From NCBI GenBank assembly GCA_965203905.1, contig CBDBDQ010000005.1, forward strand, positions 7,040,001-7,104,000: a DNA stretch of 64,000 nt. The letters are read 5' to 3'. Each line of letters begins with the position of its first letter. Positions within the stretch are counted from its first letter, which is position 1. The translations under genes and the position numbers were made by a program. Below the pieces are notes generated by a model. The model worked only from the letters and a program-made list of their open reading frames with translations. It searched no databases and had not been told where the DNA came from. Source of the stretch: Spirochaetia bacterium. GTDB taxonomy: Bacteria; Spirochaetota; Spirochaetia; SZUA-6; Bin103. This document shows, piece after piece, positions 7,668-17,520 of the stretch.

Positions 7668-9551
7668 ATGCGAAACGCAGTGTTCGTGGCGTTGGGGCTT
7701 TGGCTCCTGGCGAGTTCGGCTGCAATGGCCGAAGGGAGCGGTGAGCGGAGCGAGGGAGCGGGCCGTGCCGCCTCCGTTGGGCAGATGGAAGCGCCGATGC
7801 TCCAGGCCAAGGTGGCGCGTGGAGAGCTTCCACCTCTGGAGCAGCGCATTCCGAAAGAACCCTACGTCTATACGATGGCGGCGGAAATCGGCTTCTACCA
7901 GCCGGGGCCGCTGACCGTTGCCGAGGCGAACGTCGACACCCCGTTCTGGCCGGCCGGCGAGCCCTGGGGATACGTACGATTCAAACGCGACTACAGCGAA
8001 GTGGAGCCGTATTTCGGCAAGGGCTGGAGCTGGAACGACGACTTCACCGAGCTCACCATCTTCCTGCGCGAGGGGTTGAAGTGGTCCGACGGTGACGACT
8101 ACACCGCGGACGACGCCGAGTTCTACTACAACGGCATCCAGCAGCATCCGGAGGGCTTCCGCACTCCCATCGGCAATCTGCTCAGGGTGGAGAAGATCGA
8201 CACCTGGAGCTTCAAGTACGTCCTGGAGCAGCCCGATCCCACCTTCCTGCAGCGCATCGCCGTCAACTGGGGACCGCTGCGCGCTCCGCGCCACCGGTTG
8301 GAGCAGTTCCATCCGGACTACAACCAGATCGAGGGCATGACCCGGGCGCAGCAGTGGGAGAAGCTGCAGACCGAGTTCAACTGGAGCACCCACTTCGGCG
8401 ATCCCGAGTGGCCGGTGCTGTGGCCCTGGGTGCTGCACGAAGTACGTCCCGGAATCGGCGTGCGGATGGAGCGCAACCCCTACTACTGGTGGGTAGACCG
8501 GGAAGGCAGACAGCTACCGTACATCGACGAAGTGCGCAGCGTGGTGGCGCGCAGCTCCGAGGTCCTGGCGTTGAAGCTGCTGGCCGGCGAGGTGGACGAG
8601 GCGCACCGCAACACCAACATCGAGATGGTGCCGGTGATGCTCGACGAGGGCAGCAGGCGCGGTCTGGAAGTGAAGCTCTATCCCACCGAGTACGGCAGTC
8701 CGTGGGCGGTCGGCTTCAACTACATGAACTCGGATCCGACCAAGCGTGAGTTGTTTCGTACCGCGGAGTTCCGCCAGGCGCTGTCGCTGGCGATCAACCG
8801 CAAGCTGATCAACCGCGTCGGGCTGCTCGGTCTGGGCAAGCCCACCCAGGGGTACCTGATCCCCAACTCCCCCTGGTATACCGAAGAGGTGAATACGGCG
8901 TTCGTCGAGCACGATCCCGAGCGCGCAAACGAGATGCTCGACGCGCTCGGATTGGGACCGCGCGACGGTGAAGGGTTCCGGCTCGGCCCGGCAGGGGAGC
9001 CGCTCAGCCTCGTCTACTATGTGGCCGTGCGGGGTGAGCTGGACGTCCCGATTGCGCAGTACGTGGTGGACGGCTGGCGTTCGGTCGGCGTGCGCACCCT
9101 GCTGCGCACCATTCCCCAGGAACAGCTCACCAACGCCATCAGGACCGCGGACTTCGACACCGTGCAGACCGGCTTGCGCGGCTCGATGTACCCCATCGAG
9201 CTGTTCCGGCGTGGTGGCGGCGGGATCATTCCCGGCGGCGGCTGGGGCCTGCAGGAGGAGCACCTCTACTGGCAGAGCAACGGCCAGCAGGGGCGGGCAC
9301 CCGATGCCGACGTGGCGGCGCTGTTCGCGCTGATCGACGAAGCCCGCTACGGGCTAGACGAAGCCAAGCGCGCGGCGGCGTACCGGCGCTACATCGAGTG
9401 GATGACGGACAACATTCCGGTCATCGGCCTGGCCGGGCCGAGCAAGGAACTGTTGGTCCACAAGAGCTCGCTGCGCAACGTGCCCGAGGACGTCCTGGTG
9501 GGCGGTGGGCGCTGGGACCGCGGTTCACCGTCGTGGTTCTTCGAGGAGTAA
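7668..9551 (+). CDS. ABC transporter substrate-binding protein, family 5 (OppA/DppA-like)
   Basis: Signal peptide; EAPMLQAKVARGELPPLEQRIP; LREGLKWSDG..YTADD; RNPYYW.VD..G.QLPYID; GAGGAGG RBS before ATG 7668. Confidence 0.92.
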   Translation: MRNAVFVALGLWLLASSAAMAEGSGERSEGAGRAASVGQMEAPMLQAKVARGELPPLEQRIPKEPYVYTMAAEIGFYQPGPLTVAEANVDTPFWPAGEPWGYVRFKRDYSEVEPYFGKGWSWNDDFTELTIFLREGLKWSDGDDYTADDAEFYYNGIQQHPEGFRTPIGNLLRVEKIDTWSFKYVLEQPDPTFLQRIAVNWGPLRAPRHRLEQFHPDYNQIEGMTRAQQWEKLQTEFNWSTHFGDPEWPVLWPWVLHEVRPGIGVRMERNPYYWWVDREGRQLPYIDEVRSVVARSSEVLALKLLAGEVDEAHRNTNIEMVPVMLDEGSRRGLEVKLYPTEYGSPWAVGFNYMNSDPTKRELFRTAEFRQALSLAINRKLINRVGLLGLGKPTQGYLIPNSPWYTEEVNTAFVEHDPERANEMLDALGLGPRDGEGFRLGPAGEPLSLVYYVAVRGELDVPIAQYVVDGWRSVGVRTLLRTIPQEQLTNAIRTADFDTVQTGLRGSMYPIELFRRGGGGIIPGGGWGLQEEHLYWQSNGQQGRAPDADVAALFALIDEARYGLDEAKRAAAYRRYIEWMTDNIPVIGLAGPSKELLVHKSSLRNVPEDVLVGGGRWDRGSPSWFFEE

Positions 9552-9595
9552 GCACAATCACAGGAGCCCACGTGCACGCGGCGGCACCCTGAGCG

Positions 9596-10717
9596 GTGCC
9601 GCCCGCTGCTCCGAACACCAGCATGCAGCAGGTGATGCTGCGGACCGAGCATCTCAAGACCTGGTTCCCGGTGCGGCGCGGGCTGTTCCAGCGGGTGGTC
9701 GCCCAGATCAGGGCGGTCGACGACGTGAACCTGACCGTATACCGCGGCGAGACGCTGGGAGTCGTAGGCGAGAGCGGCTGCGGCAAGACCACCCTGGGGC
9801 GCACCATCGTCCGGCTCCTGGAGCCGACCGCGGGCCGCGTTCTGTTTCGTACGGGCGAGGGGCTGCAGGATCTGGCGGAGTGCTCCGCGCAGGAGTTGAG
9901 ACAGGTGCGCCGATCCCTGCAGATGGTGTTCCAGGACCCCTACTCCTCGCTCAACCCGCGCATGACGGTGAAGCAGGTCGTGGGTGAGCCGTTGCGGGTG
10001 CAGGGGCTGGCCAGCCGCGACAGCCTCGACCACCGGGTCAGCCGCATGCTGCGCCTGGTGGGGCTGAGCAGCGAGCACCTGGAACGGTTTCCCCACGCCT
10101 TCAGCGGTGGCCAGCGGCAACGGATCGCCATTGCGCGCGCCATGGTGCTGGAGCCAGAGTTCCTGGTGGCCGACGAGCCGGTGTCCGCACTGGACGTCTC
10201 CGTGCAGGCGCAGATCCTGAACCTGCTGCTGGACCTGCAGACCCGCTTTCACCTCACGCTGCTGTTCATCGCCCATGACATAGACCTGATCCGTCACCTC
10301 AGCGATCGCATCGCGGTGATGTACTTGGGGCAGGTGGTGGAAGTCGGCGCCGCCGGGGAGGTGTGCAGCCGGCCGGCGCATCCCTACACCGAGACGCTGC
10401 TTGCATCGGTACCGCTGCCGCTGCCGGGGCGGCAACAACAGCGGCCGTCGAGCGCCGAGGAGCTGCCCGACCCCGCGGATCCACCAGCCGGCTGCTACTT
10501 CCACCAGCGCTGCGGCTACGCCCAGGAGGTGTGCCGGCACGAGTCCCCGGCGCTCGGCGCCGCCGGCACCGGCTCCTCCCAGGTTGCCCGCTGCCACTTC
10601 AGCGACCAACTGCACCTGGATGGTTTGAGCAGCGAGGTGGACGTGGCCCGGGCGGTGGAGCGCAGCAGGCGTGACCTCGAAACACGACTCGCGGGGACCG
10701 GCAGGGAACCACCGTGA
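9596..10717 (+). CDS. Oligopeptide ABC transporter ATP-binding protein (OppF-like)
   Basis: GESGCGKT, FQDPYSSLNP, FSGGQRQR, DEPVSALD, C-terminal oligo_HPY with Cys cluster. Confidence 0.93.
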   Translation: MPPAAPNTSMQQVMLRTEHLKTWFPVRRGLFQRVVAQIRAVDDVNLTVYRGETLGVVGESGCGKTTLGRTIVRLLEPTAGRVLFRTGEGLQDLAECSAQELRQVRRSLQMVFQDPYSSLNPRMTVKQVVGEPLRVQGLASRDSLDHRVSRMLRLVGLSSEHLERFPHAFSGGQRQRIAIARAMVLEPEFLVADEPVSALDVSVQAQILNLLLDLQTRFHLTLLFIAHDIDLIRHLSDRIAVMYLGQVVEVGAAGEVCSRPAHPYTETLLASVPLPLPGRQQQRPSSAEELPDPADPPAGCYFHQRCGYAQEVCRHESPALGAAGTGSSQVARCHFSDQLHLDGLSSEVDVARAVERSRRDLETRLAGTGREPP

Positions 10718-11700
10718 CCCAGTACGTGCTGCGGCGGGTGATCCATGTCATCCCGCTACTGATCCTGGTCTCGATCATTTCCTTTCTCCTCATCCAACTG
10801 CCGCCCGGCGACATTGCCGAGACCTTCATCCTGCAGCGGATTCAGCTCGGCGACTATCCGGACGAAACGGAGATACGGAAGATCCGCGAACGCTACCTGC
10901 TGGACCGCCCCATCTACGAGCAATACCTGAGATGGGTGGTGGGGTTCACCCGTGGCGACTGGGGGTACTCCTACCTCAGGGGCAAGTCGGTGCGCGAGCT
11001 GATCGGCGAACGGATCGTGCTCAGCATCGTGATCTCGGTAGCCGGCATCCTGTTTGCCTACCTGGTGGCAATCCCCTTCGGCATCTACTCGGCCACGCAC
11101 CAGTATTCGGTGGGCGACACCGCGGTCTCGTTCGCCGCCTTCATCGGCATGGCCACTCCCAACTTCCTGCTGGCGCTGGTACTCATGTTCATCAGCGTGA
11201 TGGTGTTCGGGGCCTCTTCGGTCGGTGGCCTGTTCTCGCCGCAGTACATCATGGAGCCGTGGAGCCTGGGCAAGGTGGTCGACTTCCTGAAGCACCTGTG
11301 GATGCCCATGATCATCGTGGGAACGGCCGGCGCCGCCAGCAAGACCCGCATCATGCGCGGCAACCTGCTCGACAACCTGGAGCAGCCGTTCGTCGACACC
11401 GCGCGCATGAAGGGGCTCACCGAGCGGGCCGTGGTCAACAAACACGCCGTACGCGCGTCCATCAACCCGCTGATCAGCATCTTGGGGCTCACGTTCCCCG
11501 CGATGATTTCCGGGGAGGTGATCGTCGGCGAGGTGATGGGGCTGCCCACCATCGGTCCGATGCTGCTGGAGGCGTTGCGGGCGCAGGACATGTACCTGGC
11601 GGGGGCGGTGATCATGATTCTTTCAGTCGCCCTGATCGCCGGCAATCTGCTCGCCGACATCGCCCTGGCCTGGCTGGATCCGCGGATCCGCTACCGCTAG
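10714..11700 (+). CDS. ABC permease (OppB/DppB-like)
   Basis: Hydrophobic; LPPGD; TARMKGL EAA loop; LDPRIR C-terminus. Confidence 0.93.
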   Translation: MTQYVLRRVIHVIPLLILVSIISFLLIQLPPGDIAETFILQRIQLGDYPDETEIRKIRERYLLDRPIYEQYLRWVVGFTRGDWGYSYLRGKSVRELIGERIVLSIVISVAGILFAYLVAIPFGIYSATHQYSVGDTAVSFAAFIGMATPNFLLALVLMFISVMVFGASSVGGLFSPQYIMEPWSLGKVVDFLKHLWMPMIIVGTAGAASKTRIMRGNLLDNLEQPFVDTARMKGLTERAVVNKHAVRASINPLISILGLTFPAMISGEVIVGEVMGLPTIGPMLLEALRAQDMYLAGAVIMILSVALIAGNLLADIALAWLDPRIRYR

Positions 11701-11702
11701 GG

Positions 11703-12845
11703 ATGGATCTCGCGCGCGAGCCGGTGGAACCAGCACCGGAAACAGACGCCACGGCCGGGACCTCCCGCGCCGCCCTGCCGCTGCGCGCCCTGATCTGGCA
11801 GCGGTTTCGGCGCAACCGGATCGGCATGCTCGGGCTGGTATTGGTGGGGGGCCTGTACCTGGCGGTGCTGCCGGCGGAGTTCCTGGCCCCCTATACCCTC
11901 GCCTCGCAGTTCTCCGAGCTCACCTTCGCCCCGCCGCAGCGGATCCACTTCGTCGACCAGCACGGCAGATTTTCGCTGCGCCCCTTCGTGTACGGACTGC
12001 ACAGCGAACGCGATCCGCGGACGCTCAGACTCATCACCACCCCCAATATGGACCAGAAGTTCCCGCTGCGCCTCTTGGTGCGGGGCGAGGAAGAATACCG
12101 CTGGCTGCTGTTTCGCAGCCGGGTGCACCTGTTCGGGGTGGAGGAGGGGTACTTCTTCCTGCTCGGAACCGATCGGGTGGGACGTGACCTGTTCACGCGG
12201 ATCCTCTACGGCGGGCGCATCTCGATGACCGTGGGCCTGATCGGCGTACTGGTTTCGGTGGCGCTCGGTTCGTTTCTCGGCATTCTCTCCGGCTACTTCG
12301 GGGGCCTGCTCGATGACTTGATGCAGCGCGGCGTCGAGCTGCTGATCAGCATCCCAACCCTGCCGCTGTGGCTGGTGCTGGCGGCGGCGGTGCCCCCGGA
12401 ATGGTCGCCGCTGGTGGTGTTCTTCATGATCACCCTGATCCTCTCCCTGGCAAGCTGGGGCGGGCTGGCGCGGGAGGTGCGCGGGCTGGCGCTGTCGCTG
12501 CGCTCCCGCGAGTTCGTGCTCGCCGCCAGAACGGCGGGGGCGCGCAACGGCTGGATCCTCCTCCACCACCTCCTTCCCAGTTGCTCCAGCCACATCATCG
12601 TGCGTGCCACCCTGGCGATTCCCGGCATGATCCTCGGCGAGACCTCGCTCAGCTTTCTCGGACTCGGCATCCGCCCACCGATGACCAGTTGGGGCGTGTT
12701 GCTGCAGGAGGCGCAGCGGGTCTCGGTGCTGGCGCACCACCCGTGGCTGGTGCTGCCGGTGTTCCTGGTCATCATGGCGATCCTGGGATGGAACTTCCTG
12801 GGCGACGGCATCCGTGACGCAGCCGATCCCTACGCCGAGAACTGA
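11703..12845 (+). CDS. ABC permease (OppC/DppC-like)
   Basis: LGTDRVGRDLFTR; ETSLSFLGLG..PP..SWG; GDGIRDAADPY; start set to ATG 11703. Confidence 0.93.
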   Translation: MDLAREPVEPAPETDATAGTSRAALPLRALIWQRFRRNRIGMLGLVLVGGLYLAVLPAEFLAPYTLASQFSELTFAPPQRIHFVDQHGRFSLRPFVYGLHSERDPRTLRLITTPNMDQKFPLRLLVRGEEEYRWLLFRSRVHLFGVEEGYFFLLGTDRVGRDLFTRILYGGRISMTVGLIGVLVSVALGSFLGILSGYFGGLLDDLMQRGVELLISIPTLPLWLVLAAAVPPEWSPLVVFFMITLILSLASWGGLAREVRGLALSLRSREFVLAARTAGARNGWILLHHLLPSCSSHIIVRATLAIPGMILGETSLSFLGLGIRPPMTSWGVLLQEAQRVSVLAHHPWLVLPVFLVIMAILGWNFLGDGIRDAADPYAEN

Positions 12846-12846
12846 C

Positions 12847-13848
12847 GTGGAAGCCGACACGATCCTCGACATCACGGACCTGCACGTACACTTCCTGCTC
12901 GGCGCTGGGAGCGTGCGGGCCGTCAACGGCGTGAGCCTGCGCGTGCTGCGGCAGCGCACGTTCGGAATCGTCGGCGAAAGCGGCTGCGGCAAGAGCGTCA
13001 CTGCTCTTTCCACCGTGCAGTTGATCAAGATGCCTCCCGGCAAGATCGTGGCGGGAAGCATTCTCCTGCATCGGGATGGCACCACCCTGGACCTCGCCAG
13101 GCTACCACGCAACGGGAGGGAGTTGCGCCGGATCCGCGGCAACGAGATTGCCGTGATCTTTCAGGATCCGATGAGCGCGCTCCATCCGATGTACAGCATC
13201 GGCGACCAGATCGCCGAGGGGCTGCGCCGCCATCGCCCGGAGCTCGGGCGCGCCGAGCAGAACGAAATCGTGCTGCAGATGCTGGCCAGCGTGGGTCTGC
13301 CCAACCCCGGCCGGCTGGCGCTGGACTACCCGCACAACCTGAGCGGTGGCATGCGCCAACGGGCGATGATTGCATTGGCGCTGGCATGCAACCCGCGCCT
13401 GTTGATCGCCGATGAACCCACCACCGCGCTTGATGTGACCGTACAAGCCCGCATTCTGAGTCTGATCGACCGACTGCAGGAGCAGCTCGGCATGGCGGTG
13501 GTACTGATCTCGCACGACCTCGCGGTGATCGCCGAGAACGCCGACGAGGTGGCGGTGATGTACCTCGGAGAAGTCGTGGAGTCAGGCAGCGTCGACGCGG
13601 TGTTCTCGTCACCGTTACACCCCTACACGCTCGGGTTGTTCCAATCGATACCGGCGTTGCAGCGGCAACGGCGCGCACCGCTGAACGCATTGCGTGGATC
13701 CGTGCCCGGGCCGTATCAGGTGCCGCAGGGTTGCGTGTTCAAGGATCGCTGCCCATTCCGCCATGCCGCGTGCGAGCGCGAGCCGCCGGTGCTGGAACCG
13801 GAGCCGGGACACGCGGTGAAATGCTGGCTGTTCGATCCCCCGCCATGA
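12847..13848 (+). CDS. Oligopeptide ABC transporter ATP-binding protein (OppD-like)
   Basis: GESGCGKS, LSGGMRQR, ADEPTTALDVT, HPYT. Confidence 0.93.
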   Translation: MEADTILDITDLHVHFLLGAGSVRAVNGVSLRVLRQRTFGIVGESGCGKSVTALSTVQLIKMPPGKIVAGSILLHRDGTTLDLARLPRNGRELRRIRGNEIAVIFQDPMSALHPMYSIGDQIAEGLRRHRPELGRAEQNEIVLQMLASVGLPNPGRLALDYPHNLSGGMRQRAMIALALACNPRLLIADEPTTALDVTVQARILSLIDRLQEQLGMAVVLISHDLAVIAENADEVAVMYLGEVVESGSVDAVFSSPLHPYTLGLFQSIPALQRQRRAPLNALRGSVPGPYQVPQGCVFKDRCPFRHAACEREPPVLEPEPGHAVKCWLFDPPP

Positions 13849-15287
13849 CCGATTACCGCGTCAACCCGCCGGTCCTCTTTGCCGACGACTTTGTCGAACG
13901 CCACAACATAGCGTGGCGCGTCGAGCCCGCGCACGATCGCACCGTGTTGCTGGAACCGGCCTTCCCGTGGGACGGAGCCCTGGTCTGCAAGGGACACGGG
14001 ACCGTGCTGAAGGACCCGCGCGACGGCTTGTTCAAGGGCTGGTTCGTCGCGGTGGAAGAGGATCTGGGCTACCGGCGCGGTCGTCAGGAGTACCGCCTGG
14101 TGTACGTGGAGTCGCGCGACGGGTGGCAGTGGGAGCGGCCGCCGCTGGACCTGTGCCCCTACCCCGGACATCCGCACACAAACATCCTGTTCGACTACGA
14201 CTCGGGAGGCCGCACTTCCTACGCCTCGGTACTGGTGGACGAGGACGACGTCGCCGAGCCGTACCAGATGTTCTGTTTCCGTGATCCGAGCTGGAAATGT
14301 CCGGGCGGCGTGGTGCCGGGGTTCGGGCACGAAGCCGGCTACGGCCTGTACCGCTATCGGTCTGCCGACGGCATCCACTGGCGGCCCCAGCACGGCCCGC
14401 TGGACATCGCCAGCGACGATACGCTGTACGTTCACCGGGACCCTGACGGAACCTACGTCTCCCACCACAAGAAGTCGATTCCCAACTATCCGGGCGGGCA
14501 CACCCCGTACGACGTCGACCCCGCGGGGTCGCGCAACGCCTTTGCCGCCACCAGCGCGGACGGCGTGCACTGGCAGCCCTCCACCATCGCCATGACACCG
14601 GACCGGCTCGACCGGCAGGGCGATCAGATCATGGAGCTGGGCCGCCACCCGTACAACGGCGGCTTCGTCGGGATCACCGCGGTGTACCACAGCCGGCATC
14701 AGGAGATGGACCTGCAGGTGGCGGCGTCACCCGACGGCCGGCCGCTGAGCTGGTGGCGGCCGTCGCGGCGGCCGTGCCTGCCGCTGGCGCCGCTGGGAGA
14801 GTATGGCGGCGGGCTGATCTGGCCCACCCGTACCCTGGTTGAGGATGGCGATCAGTGGGTGCTGTACCACGGCGCCACCGAGGGCCTGCACGGCGACGCC
14901 TACGCGCGCGATGAGAGTGTGCTGCTGTTTCACGGCGCGTTCTGCCGGGCGTCATGGCGCAAGGGCCGCATGTGGGCCGCGGTGCCGGCGGCCGGCGGTG
15001 GGCAGGAAGCAAGCTTGACCAGCAATCCGGCCCCGAAGGCGCGCGGCCGGCAATTGATCGCGAACGTCGTCACCCGGCCCGGCGGCCGGCTCCTCTGCGA
15101 GCTGTTGCGCGATGGCAGCCCGGTCGCCGGCTACGGCCGAGCCGACTGCGTGCCGGTGTCCGGTGACGAGACCTGCGCACTGGTCCGCTGGCGCGCAGGC
15201 GCGCACTGCCCGGCGGATGGACTGGCGCTGCGCCTGTATCTGCGCGGAGCCTGCCTCTACGGCTTCGGCTGGCAGGAGGACGCCTGA
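13845..15287 (+). CDS. Uncharacterised beta-propeller glycoside-hydrolase-like protein, paralog 2
   Basis: Colinear and highly similar to 6062-7495 (shared GHGTVL.DP, FDY.SGGRT.YASV, SIPNYPGG, QGDQIME.GR, FHGAFCRASWRKGRMWAAV); ATGA overlap with the OppD-like gene. Confidence 0.7.
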   Translation: MTDYRVNPPVLFADDFVERHNIAWRVEPAHDRTVLLEPAFPWDGALVCKGHGTVLKDPRDGLFKGWFVAVEEDLGYRRGRQEYRLVYVESRDGWQWERPPLDLCPYPGHPHTNILFDYDSGGRTSYASVLVDEDDVAEPYQMFCFRDPSWKCPGGVVPGFGHEAGYGLYRYRSADGIHWRPQHGPLDIASDDTLYVHRDPDGTYVSHHKKSIPNYPGGHTPYDVDPAGSRNAFAATSADGVHWQPSTIAMTPDRLDRQGDQIMELGRHPYNGGFVGITAVYHSRHQEMDLQVAASPDGRPLSWWRPSRRPCLPLAPLGEYGGGLIWPTRTLVEDGDQWVLYHGATEGLHGDAYARDESVLLFHGAFCRASWRKGRMWAAVPAAGGGQEASLTSNPAPKARGRQLIANVVTRPGGRLLCELLRDGSPVAGYGRADCVPVSGDETCALVRWRAGAHCPADGLALRLYLRGACLYGFGWQEDA

Positions 15288-15323
15288 GCTGCGTCGAGCG
15301 CTCGACCTGCGGCGCGACCGTTG

Positions 15324-15614
15324 CTACGCCCGCAATGCCTTTTCGACTGCTTCGGGCTCCTCGGCGGCGACCTTCAGCAAGGCTCGAGCCGGGCCCTCGG
15401 GACGGCGTCGTCCCTGCTCCCAATTCCGGAGCGTAGCCACGCTGACTCCGATCATGAGAGCGAACTCGGATTGCGACCGTCGCAGTCTCTGCCGCACCGC
15501 CTTGATATCAACCGGGCCGATCTCGAAGACGCGTGAGGGCGCCCGACTTCCGCGTTTGATGTCGCCCGCTTCCTTGATGCTTGTCACCAATTCACTGAAA
15601 TCGTCTTCCTTCAC
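15324..15614 (-). CDS. XRE-family HTH antitoxin (HigA/NadS-like)
   Basis: DIKAVRQRLRRSQSEFALMIGVSVATLRNWEQGRRRPEGPARALL. Confidence 0.88.
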   Translation of the reverse strand: MKEDDFSELVTSIKEAGDIKRGSRAPSRVFEIGPVDIKAVRQRLRRSQSEFALMIGVSVATLRNWEQGRRRPEGPARALLKVAAEEPEAVEKALRA

Positions 15615-15697
15615 GTCAACTCCTCTCGGATCAGCCTCGACAGTGTCTTCAACTGCTGAGGGCTCAGATCTTCCCGATCACTCTTGGGGTAGAGGGC
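15611..15697 (-). pseudogene. C-terminal remnant of a RelE/HigB-family toxin
   Basis: ALYPKSDREDLSPQQLKTLSRLIREELT*, stop overlapping the antitoxin GTG (GTGA); N-terminal part absent. Confidence 0.8.
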
Positions 15698-15948
15698 GCA
15701 TGACCGTCAACCGTTCCCGCAGCGGCCGAGGCGCAAGCCGCTGGCTGATCGTGCCTCCTGCTCGGCGGTTGGTTGATCGGTCCGCCACGGTCCCGGCGAC
15801 GGGACCTGCGCGGTGGGGGCGGGCGACGGCCACGCGTCGCCCTGGCGACAGGACTATCCCACGCTACGCGACAGGCCGGCTGCAATCGTTACTCCCGCTG
15901 CCCTCGGACCGACGCCCGGCCGCCCAACGCGCCCCCGGGGAGCGCCGA

Positions 15949-17520
15949 TCACGTGGCCCCGTCTGACGACGATCCGTACTCCCGATGCCGCAAGCGGTGG
16001 TGGGCGGCACACGACAAGGACAAGTTCCCTGGCTCGGCGCTGCCGCCGAGCGCGAAGGGAACGATGTGGTCGAGCTCCAGCAGGAAGCGGGAGCCGCAGC
16101 GCCGCCCACTGTGCGGATCGACGTAACTGCAGCGGGCGCCGTCGCGGCGCCACACCTCGCGCCGCACGGCTGCGGGAATGTAGCGGGATCGGCGCGCCCG
16201 GTGGGGCGGCTGCGCGCTGCCCCCGGAGGGGCCGTCAGCCGCCGGCTGCGGCCGCGAACGGCCATCGAGCTGCGCCGTCCCTGCCCGCTTCGCTGGCGAA
16301 GGAGCGTGGCGACCGCGATCCGCCGCTGCCGGCGCGGTCGGCCTGCTCTGGTCTGCCGGTGGCGTCGGTACGGTGCCGTGGGACCCACGATCGGCCACCG
16401 ACTTCGCCGACGAAGTAGCGGTACCGGTCGCCACCGCCGCTGGCTTGGCACACACCGGCGTGCTGCACCGGCAAGTCTCGCGCCCCGACGGCGGCGCGGA
16501 CAGCGCGCCCACCGCCGAGGTGCCGGCGTCGCCAATCCCGCGCGCGGGTTCCTCTGCGGACAGCGCTGCGGGCGCCGGGGTGCTGCCACCGGCGCTCGTG
16601 CCCTCCGACGGCGGCGGCACTCCGGGTTGCTCTTGCGCGCCCCGCTTCGCCGGCGAAGTCGCCCCGCCCGCCGGCTCTTCCTGCGTCTTCGGCTCCAGCG
16701 CCTGGCCCGCGCTTGCCTCCCGGCGCCCACCTCTGCGCCCGCGCGGCGGCCGCCCCGGGTCGTAACGCTGCAGGCCGTCCTGCACCAGCCGCTCCACCAA
16801 CTGCCCCAGCGTCAAGTGCGGGTCCACGTGCGACAGCAGACCCCGTAGCTGCTCGATCCCGCACTGACAGGCAGCGTCGATCACCACCTTCAGCTCCCAG
16901 CGGCCCTCGCCCAGCGCCCGCATGCGATCAGCCGGCCGCGCCAGCTCGGGAGCCACCCCGGCCAACAACTGCTTCACCTCGCGGGTGCTCTTGCCGCTCG
17001 CCTGCTCCACCAGTTCCTGCCGCTGCGCCGCGTCCAACGCCGGCACCGCTCGCGCCGACGCCGCTGCCACGGCCCCCGAAGCCCCCGCCTCCAGCGCCGT
17101 CCCCGTGCCGCCCGGCAGCAGCTCCGGTGCCGCGGGTGCGGAGCCGCAGTCCACGGCGGTGGTGGCAGTGCGCTGCAGGAGATCGAAGGTGTTCTGCAAC
17201 TGCGCCGCCGCGCTCAGGGTGAGCGAGCCGTCCTGCAGCCGCTCGCGGGTCCCGGCGGTATCGGAGCACAGGCGCATGGCTTTGATACGGCGCCAGGCGG
17301 CGCCTTCGCTGTAGCCCAGTTCGCGCACCGCGTAGTCGAACAGGCTGCAGAACCCGAGGCGCAGGTGGAGGTGGCGGGCGTGGATCTCGCGCAGGTGGTC
17401 GAGGACGGCGAGCTGCAGCGCCTGCTCGTGCAGGACGAGGGACCTGGTGTGCGCCAGCAGCACCTGGTCGGGGAGTCCGGAGAGCGAGGAGGAGAAGCCG
17501 GTGGCGGTCGCGGTAGCCAT
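15949..17520 (-). CDS. HNH endonuclease with DUF222-like helical N-terminus and long Ala/Pro linker
   Basis: N-terminal GFCSLFDYAVRELGYSEGAAWRRI; C-terminal SRYIPAAVRREVWRRDG.RCSY...RC.....LELDHIVP...GG.....NL...C..HH. Confidence 0.85.
   Translation of the reverse strand: MATATATGFSSSLSGLPDQVLLAHTRSLVLHEQALQLAVLDHLREIHARHLHLRLGFCSLFDYAVRELGYSEGAAWRRIKAMRLCSDTAGTRERLQDGSLTLSAAAQLQNTFDLLQRTATTAVDCGSAPAAPELLPGGTGTALEAGASGAVAAASARAVPALDAAQRQELVEQASGKSTREVKQLLAGVAPELARPADRMRALGEGRWELKVVIDAACQCGIEQLRGLLSHVDPHLTLGQLVERLVQDGLQRYDPGRPPRGRRGGRREASAGQALEPKTQEEPAGGATSPAKRGAQEQPGVPPPSEGTSAGGSTPAPAALSAEEPARGIGDAGTSAVGALSAPPSGRETCRCSTPVCAKPAAVATGTATSSAKSVADRGSHGTVPTPPADQSRPTAPAAADRGRHAPSPAKRAGTAQLDGRSRPQPAADGPSGGSAQPPHRARRSRYIPAAVRREVWRRDGARCSYVDPHSGRRCGSRFLLELDHIVPFALGGSAEPGNLSLSCAAHHRLRHREYGSSSDGAT

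Noticed and set aside
10671-11702. Long N-terminal extensions in the ORF track (724-aa OppC, 746-aa dehydrogenase, 770-aa peptidase) suggesting fusions
   Set aside because: They overlap neighbouring real genes, and downstream starts give normal sizes and coupling.
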